This document shows positions 27,301-39,600 of a DNA stretch of 64,000 nucleotides, piece by piece. The DNA comes from a virus, in the IMG/VR virus record IMGVR_UViG_3300021961_000050, positions 1 to 64,000 of that record. One strand, written 5' to 3'. The notes under the pieces were generated by a model. The model did not search any database and was not told the origin of the DNA. It saw only the letters and a program-made list of their open reading frames with translations. Position numbers and translations under genes: made by a program. The stretch's first letter is position 1; every line of letters starts with the position of its first letter.

Positions 27301-27612
27301 CAAACTATACAGGTTCAAGCGGTTAATCCTAGCACCGGGCAGACAGCAACAAGAGAGTTTAATGGTGACTGGAAAGCAAGTAATATATCAAGAGCAGAAA
27401 ATAATGTTGACTTTGCTGAAAGTGAGCTCAAACGCTTTGACCAGAAAGTTAACAGTGGGTTCTTTGATCGAGATGGTAAAGGTATAAGTGCCGAGACTCA
27501 GGCTAAACTAGATGCCGCCCGAGAAAGATATGTGGCTGATGTTGCGGCGGCTAAATCCACATTATCACAAGCCCAGCAGGGTGATGTTGTTCTTACTCCA
27601 AATTCACGATAG
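24385..27612 (+). CDS. Large baseplate hub-like protein with N- and C-terminal extensions
   Basis: 1075 aa between the gp53-like and gp5-like genes; hub-type end motifs LSIIGDPDYI and FSGMYRVVRVVNKFSRGQFIQDLELVR, then a P/E/D-rich linker. Confidence 0.55.
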   Translation: MASQESIDKAQALRKQIETAEARRAEIKAITNPTDAQQRELRSLNNQISHAQYQFRTDKDLLSLANENMSAGDKLSVFGLASGTVGGLDSPVAATGLLEAGVALQSVEEQFETKTEPETSKGKPDSTETTKQNTDAVGDPLPNQLHQYASYAYSLSWHLLTVDEYNKVVETQEYVANKVLVASAGRYNDIKTGDRAFNRSSVFSDDFYFEGLEFDTVIGITEMSRSTNAISLDFTLVEPYGMTLVNKVAEVCSSSEVGSIDNYTHAPYLLQIDFYGMDDTGNITGIISGITKRIPIKLVSMGINITNRGSEYKIKAVPFNHSAYDLTSVQTPANFEITAQTVAGFFQSSESEKELFKTVAIEERSDNNIARRTSNSDFVGPDGQINNNVTESLFGADSAYLLLKDPIYKVKSYGSAINSWNQRLTETNKIQYPDTYFFKFDKTIGESSITTEGTTSPKNTSMTNLKNKKEPISIRRTNIGASTRDLDYNVTTISINAGTTIDMLLNYIIRHSQYIREQIVIPESFATTDAYIAAKKKFADSPMSWFKIVPTVKLKNFDKIKQVWSRDITYHIVPYKVYNTKLDIMPQKTQTHPVKVYNYLYTGKNDDILDLELKFDFLYFTALTPYRSHQTTVNPMAQATEETRNTNPGGYMPQYEGVISNNPNAVQPNVIQHQYNSRESATGHHITAKDQAVADAATSLLSGSMGDMIQVKLSIIGDPDYIKQDDVFYPPRYTVDEKIDNTTDFDPRLTANGSLITDHGELYVQILFRTPTDLDESTGMMKFDKNQIAMFSGMYRVVRVVNKFSRGQFIQDLELVRMPRQSAYDYVVGNKLRGSESKKERTEDLNIDKGIGAGDTEIGAPDDSTASTAPGDEDVPTQAEPPAPDVTPDEPETSQVEDLKDIRENAEEEPITNQNEPTSEVPPPEPVTPVTLPDGVTQDRFGSYQYKGLTVPAGVEPGSAEFNRTITAIDNQQTIQVQAVNPSTGQTATREFNGDWKASNISRAENNVDFAESELKRFDQKVNSGFFDRDGKGISAETQAKLDAARERYVADVAAAKSTLSQAQQGDVVLTPNSR

Positions 27613-27622
27613 GAAATAATAA

Positions 27623-29779
27623 ATGGCAATCAATCATAGATTAGGTACAAAAGTTAGTAAAAATCTTCGTCGTGAAGAAGCGTCTGCTACACGAATTGAA
27701 CCATATCCGTACATAGGTATAGTTAAAAATAATCTTGATCCTTCACGTAGTGGCAGACTACAGGTATGGATTCCTGACCTAGGTGGTGATCCGCAAGATG
27801 CTCAAAACTGGCGTACTGTAAGTTATGCTAGTCCATTTATGGGTACAACCACACATCCTATTAAGAATAATACTATTCCTAGTAAGTCTAATAAATTTGA
27901 TACTGTAAGCCATACCTATGGCATGTGGATGATACCTCCTGATCTTGACGTTGAAGTCATTGTAATATTTGTAGCAGGTGATCCTACTAGAGGGTATTGG
28001 ATTGGTTGCGTTAATTCAAATGTTAGTAAACATATGACTCCCGGGGTTGCCGGCAGTACCAAATATGATATTTCTAATTCTTCGCCTGAAACACAAAAAG
28101 CAATTACAGCTCTAGAGCGGGCTAATATACAACCACAACCTCCAGTGGTTGAGTTTAATGAGTACAACGAAAACGCATTTAAAAGCCAAGCATTTTATAA
28201 TAATAAAAAACCCGTACACGAATACCAATTTAAAAAATTAAGAGAGCAAGGTCTTGATTGTGATCCTTATAGAGGGGCAACTACCAGCAGTAGTCAACGT
28301 GAAACTCCTAGTAATGTTTTTGGTATATCAACACCTGGAAGACCCTACAATGATCCTGCAGATGACACAGAATTAGTACAAAAGATTTTAGACGGTAAAC
28401 TTAACGAAGACTTCTATAGATTTAACACTAAAAAAGGCGGACATGTCTTTGTAATGGATGATGGGTCAATAACTGGTGCTGATCAAATGATTAGACTACG
28501 CACAGCCAATGGTCATCAAATAACCATGCACGACTCAGCAGACATGTTGTATATTGCTCATGGCAGTGGTAACAGTTGGTTAGAAATGACCAGTAGTGGT
28601 AGTGTCAATGTTTACAGTAAAGGTAGCCTAAACATTAGATCTGAAACTAATATAAATCTACAGGCAGATAATAATGTCAACATTGAAGCAAAGAATAAAA
28701 TAAACATCAGATCAACAAACAAAACTCAGATGGATCTTGGAAGTTTTACTATGATAACAGCAGGAGCAATTAATCTTGCATCTAATGGTATAACCAATAT
28801 CAAAAGCCAACAAGGATTCAACGTTGATGCTACAGGAGCAATATCTGTTCTAGCAGGTGGCAAACTAGCATTAACAGGTAGTCAAATTTTAGAAAACAGT
28901 GGCGGTGAAAAGAAACTTAAAATGCCTAAACAACTTGTGACTAATAAATTTCCTGATGTAGGTCTGAACAAAGATGTTGGACTATATGTGTCAACTCCTA
29001 ACAGTTTTGACAGTGTGGTCACTGCGGCTCCTACACACGAACCATATGGTAGATTCCAACCTACTTGGTCACCAATTGACGCAGGTCGATTTGATGTTTC
29101 TGCTTATGCTACTAAAGAGAATTTAGATAAAACTGTACAGAAATTACCATCAGGTGAGTACACTGGATCAGTTGATGCTGTTAAAGATGCTAAAGGCACA
29201 GAAGTTAAAAATGCCGCAGGTGATAAACAATTAAGAGTTCAACCTACGTCTAATCAAACATTAGGTCCATTAGAACCTGATGACATGACAGCCTACTACA
29301 CACAGTTAGGACAGAGTGAAAGCAGTGGGGACTACACATCAACCAATGAGCTAGGCTATGTTGGTAAGTACCAAATGGGCCATAGTGCTCTAATAGACGC
29401 TGGACTAGTAAAATCATCAGTGACCAGTAATGCTGATCTTAATAATCCAAATAATTGGTTAGGAAAAGATGGACAACCTGCTAGCCTAAATGAGTTTTTA
29501 AATACTCCACAAGCACAGGAAGATGCTGTAAAACTTTACACACAGAAAAACTATAATACCTTGTTAAATAATGGTGGAATTACTAAAGAAATGTCAAAAG
29601 AAGAGATTGGCGGCATGCTTAGTACTGCACACCTATTAGGTGCAACTGGTGCTAAAGATTGGCGTAATACAGGAGCAGGTGCAGATGCTAACGGAACTAC
29701 AGGCACAGACTACTTCCAACGAGGTAAGTATGCTGTTAGTGTGTTAGGTCCTAAAGTGCCACAAATTAACGCTGGATAA
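27623..29779 (+). CDS. gp5: Baseplate hub/spike protein (gp5/VgrG-like) with C-terminal lysozyme-like domain
   Basis: OB-fold start GIVKNNLDPSRSGRLQVWIP; GHVFVMDDG and RTANGHQITMHDS beta-helix repeats; C-terminal ESSGDY..VGKYQMG...AHLLGA lysozyme/transglycosylase-like motif. Confidence 0.8.
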   Translation: MAINHRLGTKVSKNLRREEASATRIEPYPYIGIVKNNLDPSRSGRLQVWIPDLGGDPQDAQNWRTVSYASPFMGTTTHPIKNNTIPSKSNKFDTVSHTYGMWMIPPDLDVEVIVIFVAGDPTRGYWIGCVNSNVSKHMTPGVAGSTKYDISNSSPETQKAITALERANIQPQPPVVEFNEYNENAFKSQAFYNNKKPVHEYQFKKLREQGLDCDPYRGATTSSSQRETPSNVFGISTPGRPYNDPADDTELVQKILDGKLNEDFYRFNTKKGGHVFVMDDGSITGADQMIRLRTANGHQITMHDSADMLYIAHGSGNSWLEMTSSGSVNVYSKGSLNIRSETNINLQADNNVNIEAKNKINIRSTNKTQMDLGSFTMITAGAINLASNGITNIKSQQGFNVDATGAISVLAGGKLALTGSQILENSGGEKKLKMPKQLVTNKFPDVGLNKDVGLYVSTPNSFDSVVTAAPTHEPYGRFQPTWSPIDAGRFDVSAYATKENLDKTVQKLPSGEYTGSVDAVKDAKGTEVKNAAGDKQLRVQPTSNQTLGPLEPDDMTAYYTQLGQSESSGDYTSTNELGYVGKYQMGHSALIDAGLVKSSVTSNADLNNPNNWLGKDGQPASLNEFLNTPQAQEDAVKLYTQKNYNTLLNNGGITKEMSKEEIGGMLSTAHLLGATGAKDWRNTGAGADANGTTGTDYFQRGKYAVSVLGPKVPQINAG

Positions 29780-29787
29780 ATATTATT

Positions 29788-30165
29788 ATGGCTACAATGT
29801 ATAAAGGATTTAGTACAGTTGGTAGAAACAAGAAGTTTCGTTTAACTGACTTTGAACTAGTAAAACAGGATCTTGTTAATCACTTTCATATCCGTAAAGG
29901 TGAGAAGTTAATGAATCCTAACTTTGGCACGATCATATGGAACGTGCTACATGAGCCACTAACAGAAGATCTTAAAAGCGTAATTACTACAGATATCAAA
30001 GATATTGCTAATTATGACCCTAGAGTATCTGTTGACAAGGTCATTGTTACAGAATATGATCAAGGCATACAAATAGAATTAGAACTTAGATATCTTCAAA
30101 CTGATCAAACTAATTTAATGAATCTAAGATTTGATCGTCAAACAGAAAATCTTATAGCAAATTAA
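29788..30165 (+). CDS. gp25: Baseplate wedge subunit (gp25-like)
   Basis: RKGEKLMNPNFGTIIW..L.EP and YDPRV motifs. Confidence 0.9.
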   Translation: MATMYKGFSTVGRNKKFRLTDFELVKQDLVNHFHIRKGEKLMNPNFGTIIWNVLHEPLTEDLKSVITTDIKDIANYDPRVSVDKVIVTEYDQGIQIELELRYLQTDQTNLMNLRFDRQTENLIAN

Positions 30166-30213
30166 ATACGCACTTTTTTCCTTGAATAAATATAGTATAA
30201 CAGGAAAATAAGT

Positions 30214-33200
30214 ATGGCTATAACTACAAGACAAACAAGTTTATTAGTTGCTGAAGACTGGACCAAAGTCTATCAAACTTTTCGTAATGCTGACTTTAAG
30301 AGTTATGACTATGAAACTCTAAGAAAGTCAATGGTTGATTATCTCAGGTTGTATTATCCTGAGGATTTCAATGACTTCATTGAATCAAGTGAATTTGTTG
30401 CATTGATTGACCTATTATCATTCTTAGGTCAAAGTTTGGCATTTAGAACTGATCTTAATTCACGTGAAAACTTTATTGACACAGCACAACGTCGTGACAG
30501 TATCTTAAAACTAGCAAGACTGATCAGTTACAACCCTAAAAGAAATATACCAGCATCAGGTCTACTCAAATTTGACTCTGTGAGTACTACTGAAACAGTG
30601 TTTGACAGTACAGGATTAAATCTTGCTGGTTTAGTAGTTAATTGGGCTGATTCAGCCAACGACAATTGGCAAGAACAGTTTACTGCTATTATCAACGCTA
30701 GTCTTAATACTAATCAGGTTATTGGTAAACCAAGTAACACACAATTAATCAATGGTGTTACTAATGCTGAATATCAGGTTAATCTAATCCCTAATGTGAT
30801 TGGTACTTATAGTTTTCAACCAAACATTGAAAACGTGCCTATTACCTTTGAAGCAATAAGCCCTACTAGTTCAAATAGAACCTATATCTATGAAGCAGAT
30901 CCAAGACCAAATAGATCATTTAATCTTTTATATAAAAATGATAATCTTGGCAACAGCAGTAATAACACAGGTTTCTTTTTATATTTTAAACAAGGCGAAC
31001 TTAAGAGTGTTGATTTAAATTTTACTGAAAGTATTCCTAACAGAGTTTATAGTATCAATGTTGACAATATTAATAATAGTGACGTATGGTTATACAGTCT
31101 TGATTCATTGGGCAACGAAAGCACATTATGGGAACAGGTTCCTGCTGTTGGTGTTACCAATGTAATCTATAACAAAGGTACTAATAGAACAGTCTATCAG
31201 ATCAATACCAGAGCCAACGATCAAATTGATCTAGTATTTGGCGATGGTGCATTCGCCACAGTTCCTCAAGGACGGTATAGACTCTATTATAGAGTAAGTA
31301 ATGGCCAACAGTACAAGATTACACCCGATGAGATGCAATCTATAACTGTTCCTATTAATTATGTTAGTAAGACAGGTAGAATTGAAACATTAAATATAAC
31401 TGCTAGTTTGCAATACACAGTGGCCAATGCGGCAACTAGAGAAACTATTGAGGATATTAGACAGAAAGCACCTCAACAATATTACACACAAGATCGTATG
31501 GTATCAGGTGAAGATTATAATATTCTGCCTTATACCTTGTTCAGCAACATACTTAAAGTTAAAGCAATTAACAGAACAAGTTCAGGTGTAAGTCGCTATC
31601 TGGACGTTATTGATACCACAGGTAAGTATTCTAGTACCAACGTGTTTGCCCAGGATGGTATGCTCTATCGCAATCCTACGATAACAACATTCAGTTTTGA
31701 ATATAATACTAGAAATGATATCTATAGAGTAATATTCAATCAAGTAAAACCAATTGTAGCAAAACAACAAACATTACAATTTTTCTATGCTTATTATCCT
31801 TTACTAGCAGTCAGTGACGGTTACTGGCATAAATCAACAACCATTGCCAATGGTTGTACAGGATTTTTCGTCAACAGTCTTGATAGACCAATTCAGATAG
31901 GTGAAGGTGTAAGTAGTAACTATGGTTACATACTACCAAGAGCTATTGTTAAATTTTCTGCTGGTAGTGGTAATTACTTTGATTCTAAAAATAGAATACA
32001 ATCAGGTACTCCGTCAAAAGATGGAGACAAGTATTATATCTATGCGGCAGTACAAGATCTTGTAGGCGACGGAACCAATGGAGGACTAGGAAATCTAAGT
32101 AATGGCTCAGGACCTGTAACCATTAACCAAAACGTTCCTGAAGGTGCTGTAGCACAGGAAGTGTTTGCTGTGTTTAACAATGAGTTTCCTACAGATTTAA
32201 TCATTGAAATGATCAACTATATTGAAGCTTTCCAAGACTTTGGTCTAAGATATAACATGGAAACTTCAGCTTGGACTATCATTTATCCTGAAAATTTAAG
32301 TACAGCAGAGTTTAGCCTAACAAATGCTGGCAACACCAGTGGCAATGGTCTAGACAGTAGTTGGACTATTATCTTCCAAACAGTAGAACAGACCTATAAT
32401 GTGACTAGTAGAGGTCTTGAATACATATTTGAAAGTGTGAGAGAAACTAATTTTTATTTTGATAATGATGTTAAAATTTATGACCCAAAGACAGGATTAA
32501 CAATTAGTGATCAGGTTAAAATTCTTAAAATCAATACGAAACCAGACGATATAGAAGCATTAGCTTTGGACTATCCATGGTTTATCTATGATAAGATCAC
32601 TGAAGTTGATGGTTATGAGAATCCTAATAGAATTCAAGTAACATTCCCTGATACTGATAACGATGGTATTCCAGACAATCCAGAATTATTTGAACTCATA
32701 GTAGCACCTGATGTAAATTCACAAAACAAATATGTGTTTTTTGAAAATGTAGTTGGCTATGATAATTTTATCAACGAACAACCATATGACAATAACAGTG
32801 TGGTTACTGAGTATTCGTCATTGAGAGACATACAATCATCTGCTACATTATATACAGATGGTCAGATATTTTATGTACCAGATGATGACATATTTTATAA
32901 ATTAACAGTCAATGGCGCAGTATACACACTAACAGAACAAACAGAGTTTACAGCCAAAATTGGTCGTCAGGATATCTATTTTCAATATCGTCATAACTCC
33001 CCAAACTACAGACGTATTGATCCAAGTCCAAACAACATTATTGATCTTTACATATTAACCAAACAGTATGCTGACGATTATATTGCTTGGATACAGGATA
33101 CATCAAATACTGTTAGTGAGCCACAAATTCCAACAGGTGACGAATTAGAATTAGAGTTTAGTAAATTAGAAAAATATAAGAGTGTAAGTGACACAGTGAT

Positions 33201-33594
33201 CTATAACCCTGCAAAATTTAAACCTATATTTGGTGCAGAAGCAGATCCTAGTCTTCAGGCAGTGTTTAAAGTTGTTAAGAATGCTAGTGTGGTGGTTAGT
33301 GACAATGATGTTAAGACTTCTGTGATTGCGGCTATCAACAGTTATTTTGATATTGCCAATTGGGACTTTGGAGAAACATTTTATTTCAGTGAACTTAGTG
33401 CATACCTCCATAGTGTTCTAGCACCAAACATAGCCAGTGTGATTATTGTACCGTCAAGTCAGTCTAGCAACTTTGGTAGTTTGATGCAGATCAATGCTGA
33501 ATATAATGAAATCATTGTTAGTTCTGCAACAGTAGACAATGTACAAGTAATTGCGGCTATTACAGCGGCACAACTTAATCAAATATCTTTATAA
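30214..33594 (+). CDS. gp6: Baseplate wedge protein (gp6-like)
   Basis: DFKSYDYETLR, ENFIDTAQRRDSILKLARLISYNPKR, FGDG and ETIEDIRQKAPQQYYTQDRMVSGEDY. Confidence 0.85.
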   Translation: MAITTRQTSLLVAEDWTKVYQTFRNADFKSYDYETLRKSMVDYLRLYYPEDFNDFIESSEFVALIDLLSFLGQSLAFRTDLNSRENFIDTAQRRDSILKLARLISYNPKRNIPASGLLKFDSVSTTETVFDSTGLNLAGLVVNWADSANDNWQEQFTAIINASLNTNQVIGKPSNTQLINGVTNAEYQVNLIPNVIGTYSFQPNIENVPITFEAISPTSSNRTYIYEADPRPNRSFNLLYKNDNLGNSSNNTGFFLYFKQGELKSVDLNFTESIPNRVYSINVDNINNSDVWLYSLDSLGNESTLWEQVPAVGVTNVIYNKGTNRTVYQINTRANDQIDLVFGDGAFATVPQGRYRLYYRVSNGQQYKITPDEMQSITVPINYVSKTGRIETLNITASLQYTVANAATRETIEDIRQKAPQQYYTQDRMVSGEDYNILPYTLFSNILKVKAINRTSSGVSRYLDVIDTTGKYSSTNVFAQDGMLYRNPTITTFSFEYNTRNDIYRVIFNQVKPIVAKQQTLQFFYAYYPLLAVSDGYWHKSTTIANGCTGFFVNSLDRPIQIGEGVSSNYGYILPRAIVKFSAGSGNYFDSKNRIQSGTPSKDGDKYYIYAAVQDLVGDGTNGGLGNLSNGSGPVTINQNVPEGAVAQEVFAVFNNEFPTDLIIEMINYIEAFQDFGLRYNMETSAWTIIYPENLSTAEFSLTNAGNTSGNGLDSSWTIIFQTVEQTYNVTSRGLEYIFESVRETNFYFDNDVKIYDPKTGLTISDQVKILKINTKPDDIEALALDYPWFIYDKITEVDGYENPNRIQVTFPDTDNDGIPDNPELFELIVAPDVNSQNKYVFFENVVGYDNFINEQPYDNNSVVTEYSSLRDIQSSATLYTDGQIFYVPDDDIFYKLTVNGAVYTLTEQTEFTAKIGRQDIYFQYRHNSPNYRRIDPSPNNIIDLYILTKQYADDYIAWIQDTSNTVSEPQIPTGDELELEFSKLEKYKSVSDTVIYNPAKFKPIFGAEADPSLQAVFKVVKNASVVVSDNDVKTSVIAAINSYFDIANWDFGETFYFSELSAYLHSVLAPNIASVIIVPSSQSSNFGSLMQINAEYNEIIVSSATVDNVQVIAAITAAQLNQISL

Positions 33595-33611
33595 TGGATA
33601 GGTAAACATCA

Positions 33612-36600
33612 ATGGCCGTAAGAAAGACTCTTAATTTATTACCAGGTATATTCCGTACTGATACAAATGAAAAATTTTTATCAGCAACCATTGATCAATT
33701 GGTTTCAGAACCAAATCTTACCAGAGTACACGGGTACATTGGAAGAAAGTTTGCTCCTACATATAAGAAAGGTGATAGTTACGTTACAGAGTCAAGTTTT
33801 AACAGACAAAACTATCAACTTGAACCTAGTATAGTTGTTAAAGACAAAGAAGATAATGTTGAATTTTTTAGCAGTTATATTGATCTAATTAATCAGATCA
33901 AATATTATGGTGGTATTACAAACAATCATAACAGACTGTTTGACAACGAATATTATACATTTGATCCACACATTTCTCTTGATAAACTAATTAATTTTAC
34001 TCAGTACTATTGGTTGCCTAATGGCCCAGATCCAGTCAACGTAAGTACTGAAGGTGTTGACCTTACTAAAACATTCACCGTGACTAGAGATGCTAGTACC
34101 AATCAATACATTTTTGATGACAACGGCACAATTACTAATAACATTACACTAGCACGTGGTGGTAGTTATGAATTTGTTTTAGATCAAACAGGTAATCCTT
34201 TTTGGATACAAACAGAATTAGGAGTTGATGGTAAATTAAATTCTACTCCAACTATTAGTTCTAGATCTGTGTTAGGCGTCACCAACAATGGTGCTGATTC
34301 AGGAACAGTGACATTTAATGTTCCACAGTCTAATGCACAAGATAGATTTATTAAAATGGCATCAGTTTACAATGTAGACTATGCTACTCCATTGGCCTAC
34401 TCAGAATTACACAATCGTTACCTATCATCATTCTTAGAAGAATATCCACAATACGCTGGCATTACTGGCAATCTAGATGGAAAAACTTTAATTTTTATTG
34501 ATGTAGAAACATTAATCAACCTTGGTGAACCTGCGTGGACTGCACCAACTGTAATAAATCCTGATGGTAATCCAGAACCAACCTTAGATGCAGGTGTAAT
34601 AGTTCCAGATGCAGATCGTTACGGTGTGTGGAAAGTTGTATTTTCTTCTGGTGGTATTAATGATCCAATAATTAGATTAGTACCAGTACAATCAGTTGAT
34701 ATTAACGAAAAAGTTTTTATTAGATATGGTGTACTCAATGCTAATAAAGAATATTACAAAGATTACGATGGTTTCTTTCATGAAGTGCCATTACTTTCTA
34801 GTACAAAAAATACGTTGTACATACAAGATGAAAATGACACTGAAATTTATAAATCAATTAAAATTGTTGAACCAACAGGTTGGTCAATTGATGTTGACAA
34901 TGACATCTTAGGAAAGAAAACATACACCAGTCCAAATGGTATTGTGTTTACCAGTGGTCTTAAAATTAGATTTGGTACTGATGTTACTCCTAGTACCTAT
35001 GCTGACAAAGAATATTATGTTGAAAACGTTGGTGATAGTATTAGATTAGTTGATGTTGAACTAATGGTCACTCCGGAGACTTATTTAGATGAGTTAGCTT
35101 TAAATTATCCTGATGAAATATTTCCTGACTATATTACTATTGTACGTGGTAGTATTGATCTTAATGCTTGGTCAAGAAACAATCGCTGGTTCCATCAGGA
35201 CATTATTATAGCCACAGCAGGATATAATAACACACCTATTGAATTAGATCAAAATGCTCGTGCTAAGAGACCTATTGTACAGTTTGAATCAAACCTAAAA
35301 TTATTAAATTATGGTACCATTGGTAAAAGACAGATCAATATATTAGATACTACTACTGCTGACGCATTTAACGAGTTAGAAGGTAAAACATATACCATAG
35401 CAGTTGGTACAGAGTTATTTGACGGCATGCGTATTCTATTTGCCGCTGATAATGACCCATTGGTAAGAGATAAGATTTATGTTATTAATTTAGTACAATA
35501 TGAAGCAGACCCAGTTACTGGATTGCCTACTGGCGATTATCATATTAAATTAACTATTGCTGATGATGGTGATGCTGATGTCAATGACAGTGTAGTAGTC
35601 ACAGATGGTCCATATAAAGGATCCCAATGGTGGTATGACGGTAACCAATGGTATGAAGCACAACAAAAAACAGGATTGAATCAAGCACCATTGTTTGATG
35701 TATTTGATTTAAATGACAATAGCCTAACAACATATTCACGATCAACTTTTGCAGGTAGTAAGATATTTGGCTATAAAGTTAATACTGCTAACACTGCTGA
35801 CCCAATACTTGGGTTTGGATTAAGTTATAGATCCTTTACCACTCAAGGTGACATTGAATTTACTAACTTCTTCGATACTGATACGTTTGAGTATACCAAT
35901 GGACAAGATGTTATCGTAGATTCTATAGCTCAAGGATTCTTACATAAAATTACAGGTAGAGAAACATACTTAATAAAAAATGTTTGGCAAACTGTAGTTG
36001 AACCAAGCAAACAATACCAATTAATTGAATTTACCTATGATGAATACAACTATCCTTTTGTATTAGATATTACTCCACGTGCCGAACAAACAACCCCAAA
36101 TGTTAAAGTTTTTTTAAATAATCAATTATTAAAATCAACACAGTGGACTTTAAGTTCTAATAGAGAGTTGACTTTAACACCAACACTCAATGCTGGTGAT
36201 AAAATTATAGTAGCTGTCTTTAGTGATCAGGTTAGTAAATTAGGGCACTATGAAGTTCCTAGCAATCTAAACCTAAATGCACAAAATATTGATCTAGACA
36301 CATTAACGTTAGGTCAAATGAGAAACCACTTAGTGGCTTTGAGTGAAAATAGTAAAGAATTAGATGGCAATGTACTTGGTGCAAGTAATCTTAGAGATAT
36401 AGAACTAAAAGCACAAGGTGGTAATATTCTTCAACACAGTGCCCCTGTGCCATATTCAGCATTGTTCTTGCTAGATAAAGAAGCAAATTTTGTTAACAGT
36501 GTCAGACTAGCACAACAAGAATATTCAAAATTTAAATATAAATTCTTAGAACTTAGTTCAACTCTTTCAGGAGTTGACCCAACTGATCCTGTGGCCACTG

Positions 36601-39600
36601 TTGATTTGATTCTAACAGAAATTAATAAAATTAAAAATGCAACTTTCCCTTGGTATTACAGTGACATGGTACCATATGGTCCATTAAAAACTATTGTAGC
36701 AGATGTTGGGTATACTATCTTTGATCCATTGGTTAGATCATATGAAATTATTAATGTGTTTAATAATAGATTGTTAAGTAACCAGGCAATTTTAGTTTAC
36801 CTCAATGGAGTTCAGTTAGTAATTGATAAGGACTATTACTTTAATCAAGATCGTCCTGCAGTTACAATAAATGAAACAGTGACTCTTGAAGTAGATGATA
36901 TATTAACCATAGTTGAATATTCAAACACTGACGGTAACTATATACCTGAAACACCAACCAAGTTAGGACTTTATCCTAAGTTTATTCCAGAAGTATTTGA
37001 AGATGATACCTATAGAACTCCAGTAATTGTGATTAGAGGGCACGACGGAAGTCTAACTCCTGCATTTGGTGATTATAGAGATGACGTATTATTAGAATTA
37101 GAAAAACGTATCTATAATAATATTAAAGTACCAATGCAACTCAGCTTTGAAGATATCTATAATGTACTGCCAGGTAGATTTAGAGACAATGATTATACTA
37201 TCAATGAAGCAAACAGAATATTGTCTAAAGGATTTTTGAATTGGATTGGTAATAACAAAATTGATTTCTCAGAAAATGTAACATTCAAAAACAATGACGC
37301 ATTTACTTGGAATTACTCAGGTGTGCCTGATAGATTAGATGGCAGTGACCTGCCAGGTAGTTGGAGAGCCTGTTATCAATATTTTTATGATACAGATGCA
37401 CCAAATACACGTCCATGGGAAATGTTAGGATTTAGTATCAAACCAGACTGGTGGGAAGGTTATTATGGACCTGCACCTTACACTGGTGGTAATGCTTTAT
37501 TATGGGAAGATCTTGAACAAGGTCGTATTGTAGACGGTGATCGTGCCGGTATTGATCCTTTATTTGCTAGACCTGGTCTTACTACTATTATTCCTGTAGA
37601 TGCCAATGGTGGGCTAATACCACCAAGCAGTATCTTATGTAGAAATCTTAGAGCATCATCAGCTAGCAAGTCCTGGACAATAGGTGAACAAGGTCCTGCT
37701 GAAATTGCATGGCGCCGTTCAAGTGAATTTCCTTATGCTGTACAGATTGCTATGGCGTTGGCTAAACCAGGAAAATATTTTGGTCTAAACATTGACATTG
37801 ACGACTATAGAAAAAATAATGAATTAGGACAATTTATTAATAGTAATTCTCATCATATTAGACAAACTGATGTAAGTTACAACGGGTACTTAAATTCAGA
37901 AAATTCAATCTATAGAACTGCTAGTTATCTTAACTGGATAGCAGATCAATTAATTAATTTAGGTATAGATCCTTCTGCTAGATTATCATTGCTAGTTCAA
38001 CGTTATCAAGTCCAATTAGCCTATAAGATGGCAGGGTTCAGCGATCATAGATTCCTGCAGGTTCTAGCTGAGCAAAGTTCGCCATCAAGTACTAATGAAA
38101 GTATTGTTATACCAGATGAAAACTATGATATTCATCTTTACAAATCAACACCAGTTGACAGGCTAGTCTACAGTGCTGTGATTGTTGAAAAAACAGACAG
38201 TGGATATACAGTAAAAGGTTATGATGTATCTAATCCTTATTTTACTATCATCCCAAGTGTGGTTAATAGTAATGCTAGAAAAATTAAAGTTCTTGATAAA
38301 GAAGGTGTAGTATATCTAGACTACCAACCAATTAAACTTACAGTGCCTTATGGCTATGAATTTAAAACACTTCAGCAGACTGTAGATTTCTTAATTAGTT
38401 ACGAAAGATACTTAATGTCACAGGGTTTTACTTTTAACAAGATAGAAGAAGAGCTTGGTGAAATTAAAAACTGGAAATTGTCAGTCAAGGAATTGTTATT
38501 CTGGGCTCAACAAGGTTGGAATTCAGGTAGCATTCTAGTACTAAGTCCTATATCAAATTCTATTGCTGTTAGTACCATTGGGGCTATTGTTGACGAAGTG
38601 TCGGATAGGCAGTACGAGTCAAGAGTAGTTGACCAAAACTTTAAATTGATCAAACGTAACAAATATAATATCACACGTTCGCCTGAAGAGTTTACTCTAA
38701 CTTTAACTGATGCAAATAGCATAGTAGGTTATATAGAATTAAATCTTGTTCAATATGAACACACTTTGATATTTGACAATTCTACAGTGTTCAATGACAT
38801 TATTTACAAACCTGAATTAGGTAGTAGACAGTACCGTTTGAAACTTATTGGTCAAAAGACAGGTGATTGGAATGGTAGTATGTATGCTCCTGGCTTCATA
38901 TATGGCAGTGCTGTAACACAGACATGGAATTCAGGAAAAGACTATCTCAAAGGAGACATAGTCAAATATAAAGATCAATTATTTGTAGCATTGAATAATG
39001 TACCAGCAACTGCGGAATTTGATTTTACTAAATGGAAATTGTCTGACGCTGGGCAATTTAATAAAGGATTACTTACAAACTTTTCAAGTAACGCCACAAG
39101 ATCAAAATCATATTATGATTCTAAAGGTTACTTCCAAGATCAAAATCAGTTACAGTACAGTCATGGTTTGATTGGTTTTAAACCCAGACAATATTTGTCA
39201 GACATTGGCTTAGATGAAAGTACACAGATTGAATTCTATAAAGGCTATATCAAACAAAAAGGTACAGCAAACAGTATTGAAGCTTTGACTAATGCTCAGT
39301 TTAGTAATCTAGATAGTCAAATTAATTTTTATGAAGAATGGGCTATACGTGTTGGAGAATATGGCGCATTGGATACTAACCCTTACATTGAAATTGTATT
39401 AGATGAAAAAGAGTTTGGGGTTAATCCTGCTAGGGCAGAATTTTTAACAGCAGAAGATGCAGGTCTAGCAGATGGATTGACTAAGTTTAGTAAAACTGAA
39501 CTATATAGAACTGCTGAAAGTTTCTCAGGATATATAGCACTTAACCGTACGGACGAAAGTGACTATGATAATGATATACCAACAGCTGGTTATGTTAATA

